Source of the DNA: Tubiluchus corallicola
Lineage: Eukaryota > Animalia > Priapulida
Direction: 5' to 3'
DNA: 64,000 nt
Assembly: GCA_030141605.1 (NCBI GenBank)
Contig: JAQGDQ010001060.1
Coordinates: 2,380 to 66,379 of the forward strand
The translations under genes were made by a program, and so were the position numbers. The notes below the pieces were generated by a model. It made no database searches. It was given only the letters and a program-made list of their open reading frames with translations, and had not been told where the DNA came from. Numbering within the stretch: the first letter of the stretch is position 1; every line of letters begins with the position of its first letter. Of the stretch, positions 36,201-61,013 are shown piece after piece.

Positions 36201-39200
36201 AGAAGAATGTAATAAAAATAAAGCTTCAAGGCCAGGGTTCGCTTCTCATGTTTGAAGTCCCACCTGAGTCACACCAAAGTTTTAAAAAAATGGTACCGCT
36301 GGGTTCTTCGACCAAGCACGTGAATTTATCGAGGTAACATGCAAATAATAATAATCAGGACCACCTTGGAAATAAGTAATGACGTGCTTAAGGTGTTATT
36401 CATGGACAATGTCCTTAAAAAATTATTGTTATTAAATTGTTAATACAAAATATCAGACAGCATAGTATAGCATAAAAACATAAATGTGGTACAGTAAGCA
36501 AAATGTAATACAGTAGGAATTTACATGATTAAATTAAGTAAATCAGCACTATTGAAAGTTAATACAGAAAAATATAACACTCATTACCAGCTAATGCAGT
36601 AACATTGTTAACTGCATGCATAAAAAATAAGTAAATAACTATTGTATGGTACGTCCGAAATTCAAAAACAAAGTGCCAAAATTTTGTTAATTACTAATCA
36701 ATTTTAAACCCAAATTTCTGAATCAAAGTAAAGAATGAAATTTTTCTTTTGTTTTACTGTGATCAGACTCATACAAGTACATTAGTAAAGTAAAGCGATA
36801 CAAAACAAGTTATCCATGCACATGTACAACTCACTCATGCTTACCAGTATCCTACAAAGATATTCAAACCAAAAACACTTAAGAAAATAAATTCACACTA
36901 ACAAATAGCCCAGATCAGTTTCATGTCATTTTGTACAGTTTTTTCATGTTATTTATCATTAACATTAAGTTATATTAAGTAATTTATAAGCTAAAGCTCT
37001 GAATTTTTTTATTACTTCTTGATTTCACCATTCAGTCCAACAAGAGCAAAAAACTATGAAAGAAATAGGGAAGCATATTAGCCATTCATAAGCAAAAACT
37101 GGAATATTTTAGTGTACTTTATAAATGTTTCATGCTAAGCAACTCAGAAGTACCCCTGGAAGTTTGTCGTCTGTTCACATTAACACAATTCATGCTCTAC
37201 ATGCATGCCATACTGGTACAGTTACCTCTTTGGAAAGATATGATAGTATCACTTAACTCTTCAATCACTCTGATCCGCCGTCCCTTTATACCCATCACTA
37301 AGCACATATTGAAAACTTACAATTTGTACTACTAATTTACAAATAAATATCACGAGCATAAACATATATAGAGCCAAGGACATGATAAAATAATATTTAT
37401 CACATCCCCTGTACAATACAGTATAGTTTCACCAACACCTCTACTAAAATAATTTGTTCTCTAATAGTTACATTTCTTGTCGACATAACACTGACTAGCA
37501 AATTGCAAAGGCTAACTCATGACTAGTTTCACATTCTAAATAATCTGCTCTTGACAACTAGAACTACAGCTAAGAACTAAGATGCGTGAGTGCATCTCAC
37601 TATAAAGTGTCAGGAAATGTTAGCCCCATTATATTCAAAAACTATCACAATTAGACATGAATATATTTTTAATGCTTTAATCATTAACATAATATTTCTA
37701 AGTTACTGTCTTTTTTTAAATTCTGCATGTCCACTTCTTAAAGTTATAAATCAAAAATCAATGAAGTACTTAAAGAAATGAGTACATTGCCCACTGAGAA
37801 ACCAACATGAATCTACCCCTGTCCATTTCTGGCTCTCAGAACTGCAAATAATTAACTGCAGTACTAAACATTAAGAAGATAAGGATACTTTGCTCAAAAA
37901 ATGGCTTTGACATGTTTTTTTTGGGTTCAAAAACAACAGAAGGTTCCAATTACGAATCTAAAACAGAATACAAAAACACAGTCTCACCTTTTCCAGAGTC
38001 TGCCCCTCGTATTATAATCTCATCCTTAAAATAGTTTTTTCCTGGAATTCTGGAAAAATACACTTCAAATTACAAAATACAAAGATAACACAAAATTAAT
38101 AAACAAGAAAAATCAGATTCAAAAATGTTAATATTAAAGCCAACTTCAAACTACATGCAAAATGAAATTAAACATAATAATTCTTTTACAGCTTTATTAC
38201 ACGTTTCAAAAAATCTGAAATCTAGTCAAATAATTAAATCGATTTGATGGTTCCTTTAAAGTTAAATACAGTTTTAACTTTTGAAGTGACTGCCTGAAAC
38301 TGATTACATGATAATGCTGAAAAAAGAAGAATATGCATCAAACTAGCTAACATATTCCTGATCTTTGTACATTATAAGTTTTGAAATGGTATGCCTTACT
38401 TGAAAAGCATTCAGTTAGACTATTCTACCAATCAATGAGCAAAGATGTTAATGTAATTCATCTTAGTAGGCAACAAGTACACGACCTCAATTAATCTGAA
38501 AAACACATTTGCCTAAAGTTTTACATGACTGCATAATAAGAAAATACAAATGCTTACTTGAAAGGTTTGGCATATTTTCCAGATGAGCGTATAAGACAGG
38601 GCGATGGAGGGGGTCCAGGTGACAAGGATGTCGATGGAATCACTTGTGTAATGGCAACAGCATTACTGTTATTGCTGCTGCTACTGCTGATAGTGCTATG
38701 AGCATCATCACCATTTTCACATACCTGTCAACAATATACAATATCTGGTAAAACTGCCAACTCTGTAACATCATGTTTTATGCTGAGCTTTGGAAACAGA
38801 CCATGTGCTACTCTAGTCATAAACAACTACTTGTAAAGTAACAACCAACAAAAACCATTTCTAGTAAAAATTCAAGCAAATGCTTTAATAAAAACACAAG
38901 TAATTAACTAAAACTGCAGACTATGAGTTTTTGGAATTTGTAATGATTAATTATGATTTGCTAAATATAAACTAGGTAAAGCACTAACATTTCATTTTAG
39001 AAATTTCCAAATGTTACACATGGTACAGAAAATTTGCCAGTTTTTTATTACAACCGAAAATTTAACACAGAATTAAATGCATCTAGTTACAGAGCTCTGC
39101 AAAACAGTAAATGATTGATGGGAAGCTGCTGCATTGCTTAACCAACTGATATTAACAAAGAAGCACAAGTTCATTGTACTAAGTTTTAAATGCTATGACA

Positions 39201-40105
39201 AACTGGAAGCCAAAACAGTTTTTTTGGTGTATAGGCCTACACAAATAATAGTTCACACATTACTTTGAAAACAAATAAATTGTTTGATGTTTTTGAAGTT
39301 CAAATGTAACAGCTCCTGCAAACACTAATTAGCTCTAAGTTCCAAGATAAAAAATTAACCATACACCTAACTTACTAACAGCTGGGTAGTTTTTTTTTTG
39401 AAGAACATAAATACTGATTCGAACAAACCACATAACACCAAAACAAACAAATGGGAAATTTTGCTTACAAACAAATGTCTCATTTTACTTGCAAAAGAAT
39501 CAAACCATTTCAAAAAAATCCACAGCTCAACTTACATCGATTTCAGCTGCTTTGCATTTATAATACCCTGTTAAGTTTTCACTGACAGCCCAACCCATAG
39601 CTCGTAATTCAATCACTTCCAACAGGCGTAGACGAGACAACCGATCCAACTTGTCTAGCTTTGAGACATTACGCAAGCTGATGAAATATTGATCTAAATT
39701 TTCTATAACATAAACAATATTATTTGGAAATTGTAAATAATAAAGTTAGTAAGATTTAGCTGTCTTAACATGTATTTATCTGTAATCTGTTCTCTTACTC
39801 TTATATAGGCTCACCAACTAAATCCTTGGTCAGCAATAAACCAGTTCCACAATTCAGTAGCCCTTAGCTTCTACGCGCACTTTTGATTACTCACTGCTGT
39901 TACTTTGTAAGTAGTTAATAAGAAGATTTGTGATGGCTCAGGTTCTATGCATTTTGCTTTAATATTATTTTTGCTATGGACAATTTACATGATTTTGAAA
40001 AAAACACTGACTTAATGGTCAAAAAGATTTTAAAGACAGAAAATCATACGCGAAGAATAATGAGTGTATAAACAAATGTCTTGTTACTTAAAAACCGTCT
40101 GTAGC

Positions 40106-40144
<39 letters not shown>

Positions 40145-41325
40145 CAATTTTTCCTGATATTTTCACAATTCAGTCTAATAAACTTTAATTATTAACATTT
40201 AGACAACATAATTTAATGATAAAAATAATAATACAGCCGAAGTACCAAGACTGTGTACATTTTAACAGTTAGCCTATATGAATTACTGTACTTGGTAAAC
40301 ATTCTTCAGCTAACAACTTGGACCTGGGAACCAGTTGCTGAGAAAAGGCAAAACAACCATTTTACCATTTAGTTAACTAAAAAAATCACTGTATCAACAG
40401 AACACTGGCCATACCCGTAAAAATGAATAAAGCATGCTCAGTTCAACTACTTGCGCTAATTATGAGTTCAACCAACTAAAATACTGCAACAGTATGTGGT
40501 AAATGAAATGTTGCATTTCAATCAAGTTTATACCTTTGCAGCTGGATTCCAAACGGTGTCCAAAAGACTTTAATTGATTGCATATTTTCACAAGAGATGG
40601 TAAAAATAACTCCTCGTCATTGGTATTTGCAATATTTTTCAGAAAAACATCAATTTCTTCGCAAAATTCTTCTGCAAAATTAACAAAAGTGAGGCCTACT
40701 ATATGTTTATTTGAAAGGCAAGAGAATAAGTGAAGACCATATAATTTAATACTAGCAAAACATTGCAAAAGAATTTTGGACATAAACCCACAACAACAAC
40801 ACACACACCACTTACATCACACAGCATAACCCACACAACTCACATCACATCCTACACTCCACACCACACACACTACATAAACCACACACCCACAGAACAC
40901 CCTAGCAATGGCAACAGCAACAGCAGCACCACCACCAGCAGCAACAACTACTACAACAACAACAAACAACTACAATCAATCAGAATTAAATTAAGATCAC
41001 TACAATAAACAACCAACAAAAACTTCAGTTTGTGTCTTACTTAGTTTCTAAACAATACACACCAAACTATGTTTATTACACACCATGCTAAATTCTCTTT
41101 CCAGTGATGCATTGCACTCCATCTATCGTAAACCCTGCCTTTTATTTATCAGTTTTGTAAAAAGCCGATTTAAATGTTTTTTGTTCATGAGCTGCCCATT
41201 CCCAGACTTGCCAAATTAAAAAGTAAGCCCCTATGGGATTCGGAGATAAAAAGACTGTTTGTTTGATATGTCGTTTGTGACACTTGGTTCAGTAATTGCC
41301 AAGTGTATAATATATGTAAATAAAT

Positions 41326-41390
<65 letters not shown>

Positions 41391-41657
41391 CCTGGAAAAT
41401 TATAGATGATGACTATCAACTACTATTTACATTTCTGTATCTTCTGTCCAATAAGAATCAAAACTTCACATATATTATAATACACATACATTATATTAAC
41501 AATTTCTAAATTATAAAAAGAACTACCTAGTAGCAACAATACCTTGGCTAAAAGCTGCATTATTTGTTTCTGCATTGAGATTTAATGCACGCAGTGGTCT
41601 GGGTTTTTCAGTCTTCTTCGATCGTGTTGCACGAATTTTTTGTAGATTAGAATTCAT
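27267..41657 (-). CDS. mxt: eIF4E-binding protein Mextli homolog (MIF4G-like, KH and C-terminal 4E-binding region), about 19 coding exons, about 711-718 aa
   Basis: In-frame exons (5' to 3'): 41657-41543, 40671-40534, 39702-39536, 38724-38558, 38049-37988, 37297-37226, 36146-36086, 35989-35935, 35549-35418, 34922-34848, 34681-34628, 32547-32530, 31859-31717, 31340-31273, 30556-30369 (or 30390), 29172-29035, 28352-28121, 27758-27619, 27398-27267. Motifs: EKPRPL, RLRLLEVIELRAMGW, KIPGKNYFKDEIIIRGADSGKVMGIKGRRIRVIEELSDTIISFQR..GAKERTVQITGP..EDTIKRNASPVR, and YSRDFLL (YxxxxL-hydrophobic). Confidence 0.9.
32645..33377. mobile_element. Non-autonomous hAT-like MITE, copy 2 (Mextli intron)
   Basis: Diverged reverse-complement homolog of 19243-19929 along its length, for example CTTTGTTGCCGTATGGCAGAAAAA versus TTTTTCTGCCATATAGCAGCAAAG. 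Confidence 0.65.
36225..36350 (+). mobile_element. Degenerate tRNA-derived SINE fragment
   Basis: B-box-like GTTTGAAGTCCC followed by GAGTCACACCAAAGTTTTAAAAAAATGGTACC, which resembles a widespread metazoan SINE core. Family not assigned. Confidence 0.4.
41327..41390. repeat. Compound (CA)n(TA)n microsatellite
   Basis: Directly visible. Confidence 0.95.
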
Positions 41658-41837
41658 TTTAATTCTAGAAATGGACAGTAGTGTTTATATAAAGACAATG
41701 ACTTGGCAATCAAAATCACAACACTGACAACAAGTGATGATGGCTTTTTTCTGCAATAAATGATTAATTGAAGCTGTAACTTATTTGTAGAAACACCAAT
41801 TCAAAATTAAGACAATTAATTACTTTTGTTCTCTTGC

Positions 41838-42090
41838 TGCCCTTTCTCCACCCAGATAATTGAGGTAAAGCCATGCTGAGGCTAGTCAGTGAATGGATGG
41901 TGACGTCCCAGTTCAATACTACTCTATGTTTCTCTGCGTCATTTCATTCATGTACTGATTCTGAACATTTGCCTCCATCAGACAGCATGTGCTCACATAT
42001 GATCATGGCTGAGATGCCACTGCCATTGAGGGAATAAATCACAGAGGACAACTTTTGATAATGAGCCAGGTTTCTATGTACCATAAACAT
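41838..42090 (+). mobile_element. Probable 5S-rRNA-derived SINE (SINE3-like) remnant; a shorter similar piece lies at about 33845-33885
   Basis: GAGGTAAAGCCATGCTGAGGCTAGTCAGTGAATGGATGGTGAC aligns loosely with the 5S internal control region GAAGCTAAGCAGGGTCGGGCCTGGTTAGTACTTGGATGGGAGAC. Confidence 0.45.
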
Positions 42091-43789
42091 CAATAATTAT
42101 GTAGGAAATGTTATTCAGTGCTGGATTTCAGCTCCTAACACTATATAACATTAAAAACTGTAAGTCACCACTTAATAACTCCACATTCAGCGACGTTGGA
42201 TAATGTTTTGTTTGAATTTTTTCCCTTACATTACTAGTTGGAATTCTGTAGGAAATGTTATTCAGCGCTGGATTTCAGTTCTAGTTGGAATTCTGTTTGC
42301 CGTGTTTGCACATACATACAGAAACTACGGGCCCGGTCAGCACACTTTCCAGAGAACAGCATTTTGATCAAGTGCATGGAAAAAAGTTGATTCTGTCAGA
42401 ACAGTAATGCTAGTAAAGCTACACGTAATGTTTGTAGCATAGTTAGTTTCTGCTTTCAAAATTTGTGCATAGCACACATTATGAGTTAAATGTGGTATAC
42501 ACTTATAACCACCCTTGCAGCAAGCTTATTGCACATTATTTACATAAAATTCCACACAATTTTTGACAAAATATTTATTGCTGACCGTTCCTTTCAATAA
42601 CACATAATTATTCTAGTTAGTTTTATTTACCTAATAATGATTGTGATTCAGTGGCTCCTTGGCTCACCACTGTAGTTTACAAGTTTTTTAACAAATGTAT
42701 CTCTGTCATAATGAAAATTTAAATTATCTTCGTTGGGCATAATTATTTTCGGATCTATAAAGTAAAGATGGAAAACACTAATCTCCACTTTAGCTCTGGA
42801 ACATTTGAGGACAATAAACTTTTATTTGCTCCATTGTTTTCTCATTGAATATAACAACATCTTAGAAGTCACTCCAGAATAGTCTCCAACTACCATTACA
42901 ATGTTCTTTACTGCACTAACATAAATTTGAAGAAGCCTTTGCATCGTAACTATTGAGTTTTGAAACATATAGGGTGAATTTATTTCTTCACAAACCAATT
43001 TTTTGATTTTTTTACAAGTAGGGCCTATTTTACTACTTTATCAATTCATCTCTGCATCTGCTAGTCAAAACGGCTAAATTTGACACATCTAAAATTTCCC
43101 GACATAAATGTTTTCGTCAGGAGAAGGGAAGGCGGGAATATTAACTTTACAACTTAAACTTCTTCATTAAGTGTACGGAAGGCGGGATTCGGATTTCACA
43201 TATAAGAGCACTATGGTTTCAACTGTGCCAACATTCCCCTCTCTCACATTGGTTACATCCTACTTGTGACGTGGGCATTAATTAGTATTTACTGTTGGCC
43301 TGTGCCCCCTCTGAACTTCCAGTTGCACCCAGCTGTAACGTTACCACCTTAAGCTGCTAAGTATACTACTATGAAACTTCTGTACTGTTTTAAATAAAAT
43401 AGTTTATTTTGGCTAAATTCTTGCAGTTCTGGTTGTTTCCTGTTTGTGACTTTACACACGGTAGCAGTCAGACTCAGAAACTGATTTACTGTTGTCATGT
43501 TCCCACGTACAGGTAAACCTGTGCTGTATGATAAAATTGCCATAATAAGTTACGTGTAGATATAGTACACGTTAATTTAGGCTAATTGCTGTCATTGCTG
43601 AGCCACAATATAACAATGTTTTGGGCTTTTTACTACTGTATTGTACTGTTGTTGTAACCTATAATTTTTGTGCTTATTTGTAGTTTTCAATTACTATGGA
43701 CCCTGGGCCTAATTAGTGAATCACTGAATGTAATTCAAAAATGACTATTTCTGTGCTTAGATATCAATATTATTATTACAGTAAATGAT

Positions 43790-45400
43790 GCTTTTCCTTC
43801 TTTCTTCAGTTCATTCAGGAGCCTAATGATAATGTCTTTCCTATTCCTTCTTCTACTTGGAATGCTGATTCTTTGAATGACAATTTCAGTATTAACAATG
43901 TATATGCTAAGCTTATTAGCTTAACACCATTTAAGGCTACAATGCCCAATGAAGTTATCTTGGCTTTATTTTGAAATCCAGTGTTCTTCAGCTTGCTCTC
44001 CTTCTTTTTCTTTTGTTCCTGATGTCCTCCCCCAGGCTTAACTATAATGTTAACCTATCCCCAAATAGTCAAATGTATGTTCTTTGAGTGAAGATCTTCG
44101 TCATAGCTTTGTCACCAGTAGTTGTCAAATGTTTTGAATCCTAAGCTTTCTTATCCAAACTGAATGAATATGTAACTCCCAACATGGTTCTCTTCCTCTA
44201 TGCTCAGTCGTCTCTAATCTACTCTCCTGTTTAAATCAGCGGACTAGCTTTTTCGATGATCCTACTTTGCCTGGTAGTGCTGTACTTTACCTTGACTTCC
44301 AAGAGTGATTTGATTCTGTCCCCCACCAAAGTCTCTTACTTAAAATAGAATATTCTGGTACAAGAGGTAAGCTTCTTAAATGGTTCAGTTACTTTCTTAC
44401 CCATCCTTTCCAATGTATTGTTCTTAATGGTATATTCACTGAAAGGCCAGCTATAAGTGACATCCCCCAAGGAACCTTGAGTGGCCCACACTGCTTCCTT
44501 ATTTTTATTAATCATATTACTGCTTGTATTTCACCAGGGACTAGCAACCCATTATTTGTTGATGAATTAAAGCCCTTTCAACCAATTTAGGACGATCTTG
44601 ATTGTTACATTTTACAACATGACTAGGATGAACAGTAAATGCTTGATGGCCCTTAAACCCAATAAGTGTGCTTTACTGAGGAGTAATGATTTCTAATGAC
44701 CTCAAATGAAATTCCCATGTGAACCATATCTTGTAAAAGCAATTGGTGGTATAGGTATGATTAAGCGCTGTGTGATATCGAGAAATGCAGCAACAATTAT
44801 TCCTCTCTGTAAAGCTGTTGTTTGGCCCATTCTGGAATACGCATCACTTGTATGGTCACCCCAATATGCTGCTCTCATAAATGCTTTCAAAAGAACTCAG
44901 GATAGATGTACTTGTTTTGCTTTTGATTTGGATCCCACTTTGATTTCTATTCTCGAGCAAAGGGCATGAGACAGATGTTGTGAACTGCTTCAAATTAATT
45001 AGTGGAAATATTGTTCTGACAGAAACAGACTTTTTTCCAAGCCTCACAGAGTTCTTCGCAGTCTTGAATGTAAGTCATTTGTGCAACCAGCTAGAACCAA
45101 CATCAGATCACACTTCTTTGGGCATCGTGTAGTTCAACCATGGAATCATCTTTCACCATCAACCATTAGTGCTTCATCAGTTGATAGTTTTAAAGGCATA
45201 CCAGAGAGGACCATTTACAGATAGTTAACATCTAGGTCCTTATTTCTTAGCCAAGGTATAATGAATGTGTTAATACAATCCCCTTAACTTAAGCTTTTTT
45301 AGTTTTATCAGCTATCTAGTTCATAGTGGTAGACTTTTTATTGTCCTTTTATTGCAGAACTTTTATTAACTATACAAAATCGTCTCATGTAAATTATGAT
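43790..45400 (+). mobile_element. Degenerate CR1/L2-group LINE reverse-transcriptase remnant upstream of the Mextli ATG exon
   Basis: Frameshifted RT motifs YLDFQE*FDSVPHQSLLLK, IPQGTLSGP, LCKAVVWPILEYASLVWSPQY, and C-terminal FFGHRVVQPWNHLSPSTISASSVDSFK. Confidence 0.85.
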
Positions 45401-46529
45401 CTACAACTACAAGTAATCAGCTACTGTCTACTGGTTAGCAGTTCAGCGATATGAACAATCCCAACATCACGTGTTACGTTAAATAGATCAGTTTATTACT
45501 ATCACTTTTAAACTTACAAGCACTAGTTTGCTCACATTTACTTCTGCTTCTGCAAAGTCTCATTTCACCTATTGTAGGCACTCAGCTTTGAAGCATCAAC
45601 ATTTGTTAGCGTATTCCAGCCACTTCAATCTGCAGCTAACATCGTAAGTTCTTCTACTCCTATAGATAGATTTGGTTTAAGTTGTTGAACATCTTTATTT
45701 ATCTTAGAGTAAATAATAAATATCTTACGTAAGAATCGCATTAAAACCTTGCAAGAAGCGAACTGGCAAACCAAAAACAACTTGGGTAGCTCACATTTTA
45801 ATTAACGTCAACGGTAACATTTTGTGACAACTAATAACAATCTTTTTGTGTATTGCATCAAAACTCGTTTTCAATAAATTTTGTTTTTACCGTAACCACG
45901 CGACAGTTTGCCACAGCAACAGTTTGCTTCAGTCGTCACGTTCCTTCAGTCACTGCTTTTGTTCACTATAACAAAATTACCGGATTCAAGCGAAAAGCTA
46001 CACATGCACGATAAACAACCATCATTACTTGCATATGAACATCAAAACAACTCACTGAATCTTGTAGCTCTCGCACATGTTCGTGAAACTCGGCTTCACG
46101 CGCACATGTATAATTGCAATGACTCACATTTTGGCTGACACCACATCGTACAGTCGAGCCAAAACGCATTCCCAAGAACTGCAGGAAGAATCCGATTTCA
46201 CTGTGGGGGTTTAAACGATGAAGCTGCAGACTTTATATCAGCACGTTAAGGGTAACACCATGTACTAAATATAGCTAAGGCCTACTTCTCCTGTAACTAG
46301 CCTGCGCTTATTGTGAATTCGTAACAAAAGGCAGACGAAGAAGAGAAGCAACGTCGGCCTGAATGCTTGTGTAGAGCTTGAGCGGTTAACTGACAGACTT
46401 AGTGATGATCCTCATGTATTTAATTTTGTTATGCAGTGAACAAATAATTGTTAAGAACGATAATAAAATTTTATAATTGCCTAGATGAGCAGGCTAGTGA
46501 TTAAGTGTAAGCCTCTTGCTATGAAGCTG

Positions 46530-46865
46530 ACAAATTGCGTGACTATATAATCGACTGACTGGCAGATTAAATAATTGAATGGAAAAACAAATGACTAAAA
46601 CGACTGCATAACTGACTGCTTGATTGCTACCACATAGGCTATCCACGTATTATCCCTCGTGTTTTTCCTTCTAGACTGACTAAAATGACCGAAACTGAAT
46701 CACGTAGCATTGACTGTACGACCGATGATTGTTGACTAAAAGCCTACTGATTACATATTACCTGGCTCAGACTGGCATACACTACTCATACTGACTAATT
46801 AGCTAATCGACTGATGACTGGCTGGCACATAATCAATTTTACCGGCAGATAGACAGACAGACAGC
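46530..46865. repeat. Degenerate (GACT/GACA)n tetranucleotide tract
   Basis: Recurrent ACTGACT, GACTAA and AGACAGACAG motifs. Confidence 0.65.
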
Positions 46866-46869
46866 GAAC

Positions 46870-48860
46870 CACACAAGAGGTCCACTGGCTCAACTAGAAG
46901 CGGGTTAAGACGCCACTGTTGCAACAGGTTCAAAGAAGACGTACACCGATGCAACTAGAAGCAGTTAAAAAAGCTCAGTTGCAGCAGATCAAGCAAGAAG
47001 TGTGCTAATTCCACTAAAAGCAGTTAAGAAAAAACAGTTCACACGGGTCCGACAAGTGGTTCACTGATTCAACTAAAGGCGCAGTTGCAATAGACTAACA
47101 TCAGGTATAGTGAGTTAAATGGATTAACTTCTTCAGGACCGCGCCATTCAAAATAGGTCTTATAAGACCTACGATCTTTCTGTTACTGTACGAGTGCAGA
47201 CATAACTAAATGATTACAAATTAGGTGCTGTTCTCGTGAGGATGTCGGCTATCCAATCATTCAATTGGTTCAAACATTTATAAGTGATTTAATTGGACAA
47301 AATTAAGAAACACACGTTCCAACAATGCCTATGGAGTACTTAGTTTGGTGCACACTTGCGTGATTGTACACAACATTTATTCATCGCCTGTTTGCTGCTG
47401 CCCAATAGAACGGTCTGCTGTGCAGAGTTCCAGGAAAAATCAGCCGATCAGCCAAAGAGAAAGTAACGTCGTTTCCTCTTTTAACAGGAATTTCTCCTTA
47501 AAAATAGAGTAGATTTGAGGCTAAAGTGTATCAGAGTGTTGTGTCTGGACAGTAGAAATTTTCCGCATTAGCTGATCTCATACAAGTGATACTGTATATT
47601 GGTACAGTACAAACACTGCAGTTAAAGCTTTTTCCAATTTTTTCGTCAAAGTCAATTTGTAAGTTGTTTAAATAAGCAAATGCACTTCATATAATTTTGG
47701 ATAAAAATCCATTGTGTAGAGAGTAGAAACCTACAAAAATTATCAAATATAATGTAATCACTGGTTAGTGAGAACAGTTTTTCACAAGCCCATGCATAAT
47801 CCAGCAAACGCTTACAGTCCTGAAAGAGTTAATATTACTAATAGTAAAAAACCACGGAGGCAGCAGGTCAAACAAAAGTTGTACTGAAAAATAAAAAAAA
47901 TAAAATAGAAAATAATCAAACCACAGATGAATTAAAACAGCTATAAATAACTAAGAAACCAAAGTGGCAATGTCAAACAAGAGCTACTGTACTTTGATTC
48001 AACTAGAAAGAAACCACAATAGCAAACGAAGGAACTTATTCAACTCGAAACAGAAGTCACCATGACGACAGATTAAACAAGAACTGCACTGAACCAGATA
48101 GATAATAATTATTAATACAATCAAGAAGCTACAGGGACAACATATCAAGCTGGATTATTACACTAGAATCAAAATGCTACAGGTCAAACAAGAGTTATAT
48201 TCATTTGTAACGGTAAGAGGCAATTAATTGTAAGTAAGCAATCACAGTAGCGTACAGCAGATTAAAGACGCATGGATTCAAGTACAAACAAAAAACCACA
48301 CTGATTATAGGTTCAATAACAAGGCATTCCAACTAAAAAGTGGTACAAACCAGAATAATGTTAAAAGCATTCCAACTCAAAAGTATTGACATGCGTCGAA
48401 ATGCAAACTCAGAGTAAAACAAAAAAGTCACGGCAACACGTCACTCTCTAGCCTTGATTTTTTTCTATTTCAAGTATATATAGCTTTAATAAACAAGCAG
48501 ACCGTAACACCAACTCACCAAGGTCAAATCAGAATATCTCCTTGACCCAACATAGGTCAAATCAGAATATCTATCCAGGGGTCGTGGCCCAACAAGAAGA
48601 AATGCATAGAAACCCATTGTGACAGTAATCGCAGTTATACTGAATGCAAACAAACGGTGTACTGATATCAAGAGATGTAACAGTTCTATCACAAGCAAGA
48701 ATGCTGAAGAACAAAGCAACCACCTGACAATAATCCATGGTCAAAAGAACCACTTCATTACAGCAAATTTAATAAACCCAAAAACCATGACGCCGACAGG
48801 TCAAATAAGAGGTGTGCTGATTAAATGCAAGCAAATGATGACAGAAACTCACACATTACT
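46870..48860. repeat. Old degenerate minisatellite (unit about 55-60 bp) interrupted by a MITE
   Basis: Recurrent CAACTAGAAGCAGTTAA...GTTGCAACAGGTCAAACAAGA...ACTGATT units on both sides of 47128-47828. Confidence 0.6.
47128..47828. mobile_element. piggyBac-like non-autonomous element
   Basis: TTAA|CTTCTTCAGGAC ... GTCCTGAAAGAG|TTAA: TTAA duplication and short imperfect TIRs beginning with C. Confidence 0.75.
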
Positions 48861-50315
48861 TGTGAGCTTCTAGAGTGACGTTCAGTAATAATACTATTGT
48901 AAATGCTTTTACTCTCATTAAAGTACACAAAATGCTACTGACATAGTTACACTAAACTCCCCTGCAAATAGTCCTGAAATGACATACACCTTATAGTTAT
49001 AGTAATTACGTTTTGTACACACTTGTATTGACTTTGCATACACCTGGTTTTGTTACACATTTCTATTGGTGACCTTTGCATATTCATTGTTCTGTATGAA
49101 GCCGTGAACATCCTTTAGGCTATTTCATTCCCTTACGTTGGTTTCTATATCACGCAGCATTATTGCTGCATACTTGGTGATTCAAATGATTCACTTCAAG
49201 TGCGGCAGTGCTGTCAAATTAAAGTAAAATGCACTTACATGTGCCTATGTTACACGTCACGCCTATGGTTCATATATAACGCTGACATCGATATAACATC
49301 ATTTACAAACAAAATGCAGATATAATCATAAACGCAAACGACTAAATAATTATAAAACAAAATTTATTAATTAATTTACACTGTTGATGGTGTTATTAAA
49401 GCTTGTATAATTTTGTAAACAAGATTAACAGAAGATTGGAGTCGTGACGATCCACGAACGGCACGAAATAAATATCACCGTAATATTCCAGTTAAGGATA
49501 TTAACTCCATAATTTATTAATTAGTGCACTTGCCAAAGCAGATTACTGAGATAATCTGCTTGGTCAATTAGGCGAATAAGAGAACCTAATACAGACTACA
49601 CAATTCACGTTAAGTTTTTAACTTTGCAAATCCTTAGGTATATCCTAGCAAATCAAAGTAAAATATATATATAGCTTCATATCTAATACACGTTGGCAAC
49701 GCTGCAACCATGATAAACTAACAGAATCGCTAAAAAATACATCTCTTGGCAGTGGTCTAACTTAGTTGCAAACTCTCCTCGCTAATTTTTTACAAAAACT
49801 ATACTTAACCAATTATTACTAGATGTTCTCTAAAACAGCCACGCTTGCATCAATGCAACAGTAAACAGAAAGCTTTCTCTTTATAATAAATGCAATGCAC
49901 TGGACATTTATGCACTAATTATCATCTACCCTCCTCCTCGCTAAAATTTTGTTTTCCAAAAACAAGTAAAATAGAACTGTGAAAAAGATAATGATTATTT
50001 TTATCTCTCTAGCAATGACTTTCGTTATGCACCACTGCGTATCTTTAAAACTTGGTACATTTTTTGTAAACTTAAAATGTTCAAATGTGTTATGTCTCGA
50101 CAACATTAGTAACATTGTTAGAAACTTTATAGAACATTTAACATAAATCTCTCTTGCTTATTAATATGTTTATGCACAAAGACTGCTGCCATGATTTAGT
50201 TGTACTTCACTGTCACGACAAACGTATAAAAGTCTAGAGGAAACACACCAAAAGATTTTATGAAACGCAAAAGAACAAAAATGGTGCTGATCCTGGGTCC
50301 TTGACAGAGAAAAAT

Positions 50316-61013
<10,698 letters not shown>

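Noticed and set aside
40763-41008. His/Thr/Asn-rich ORF
   Set aside because: CA-rich low-complexity intronic sequence.
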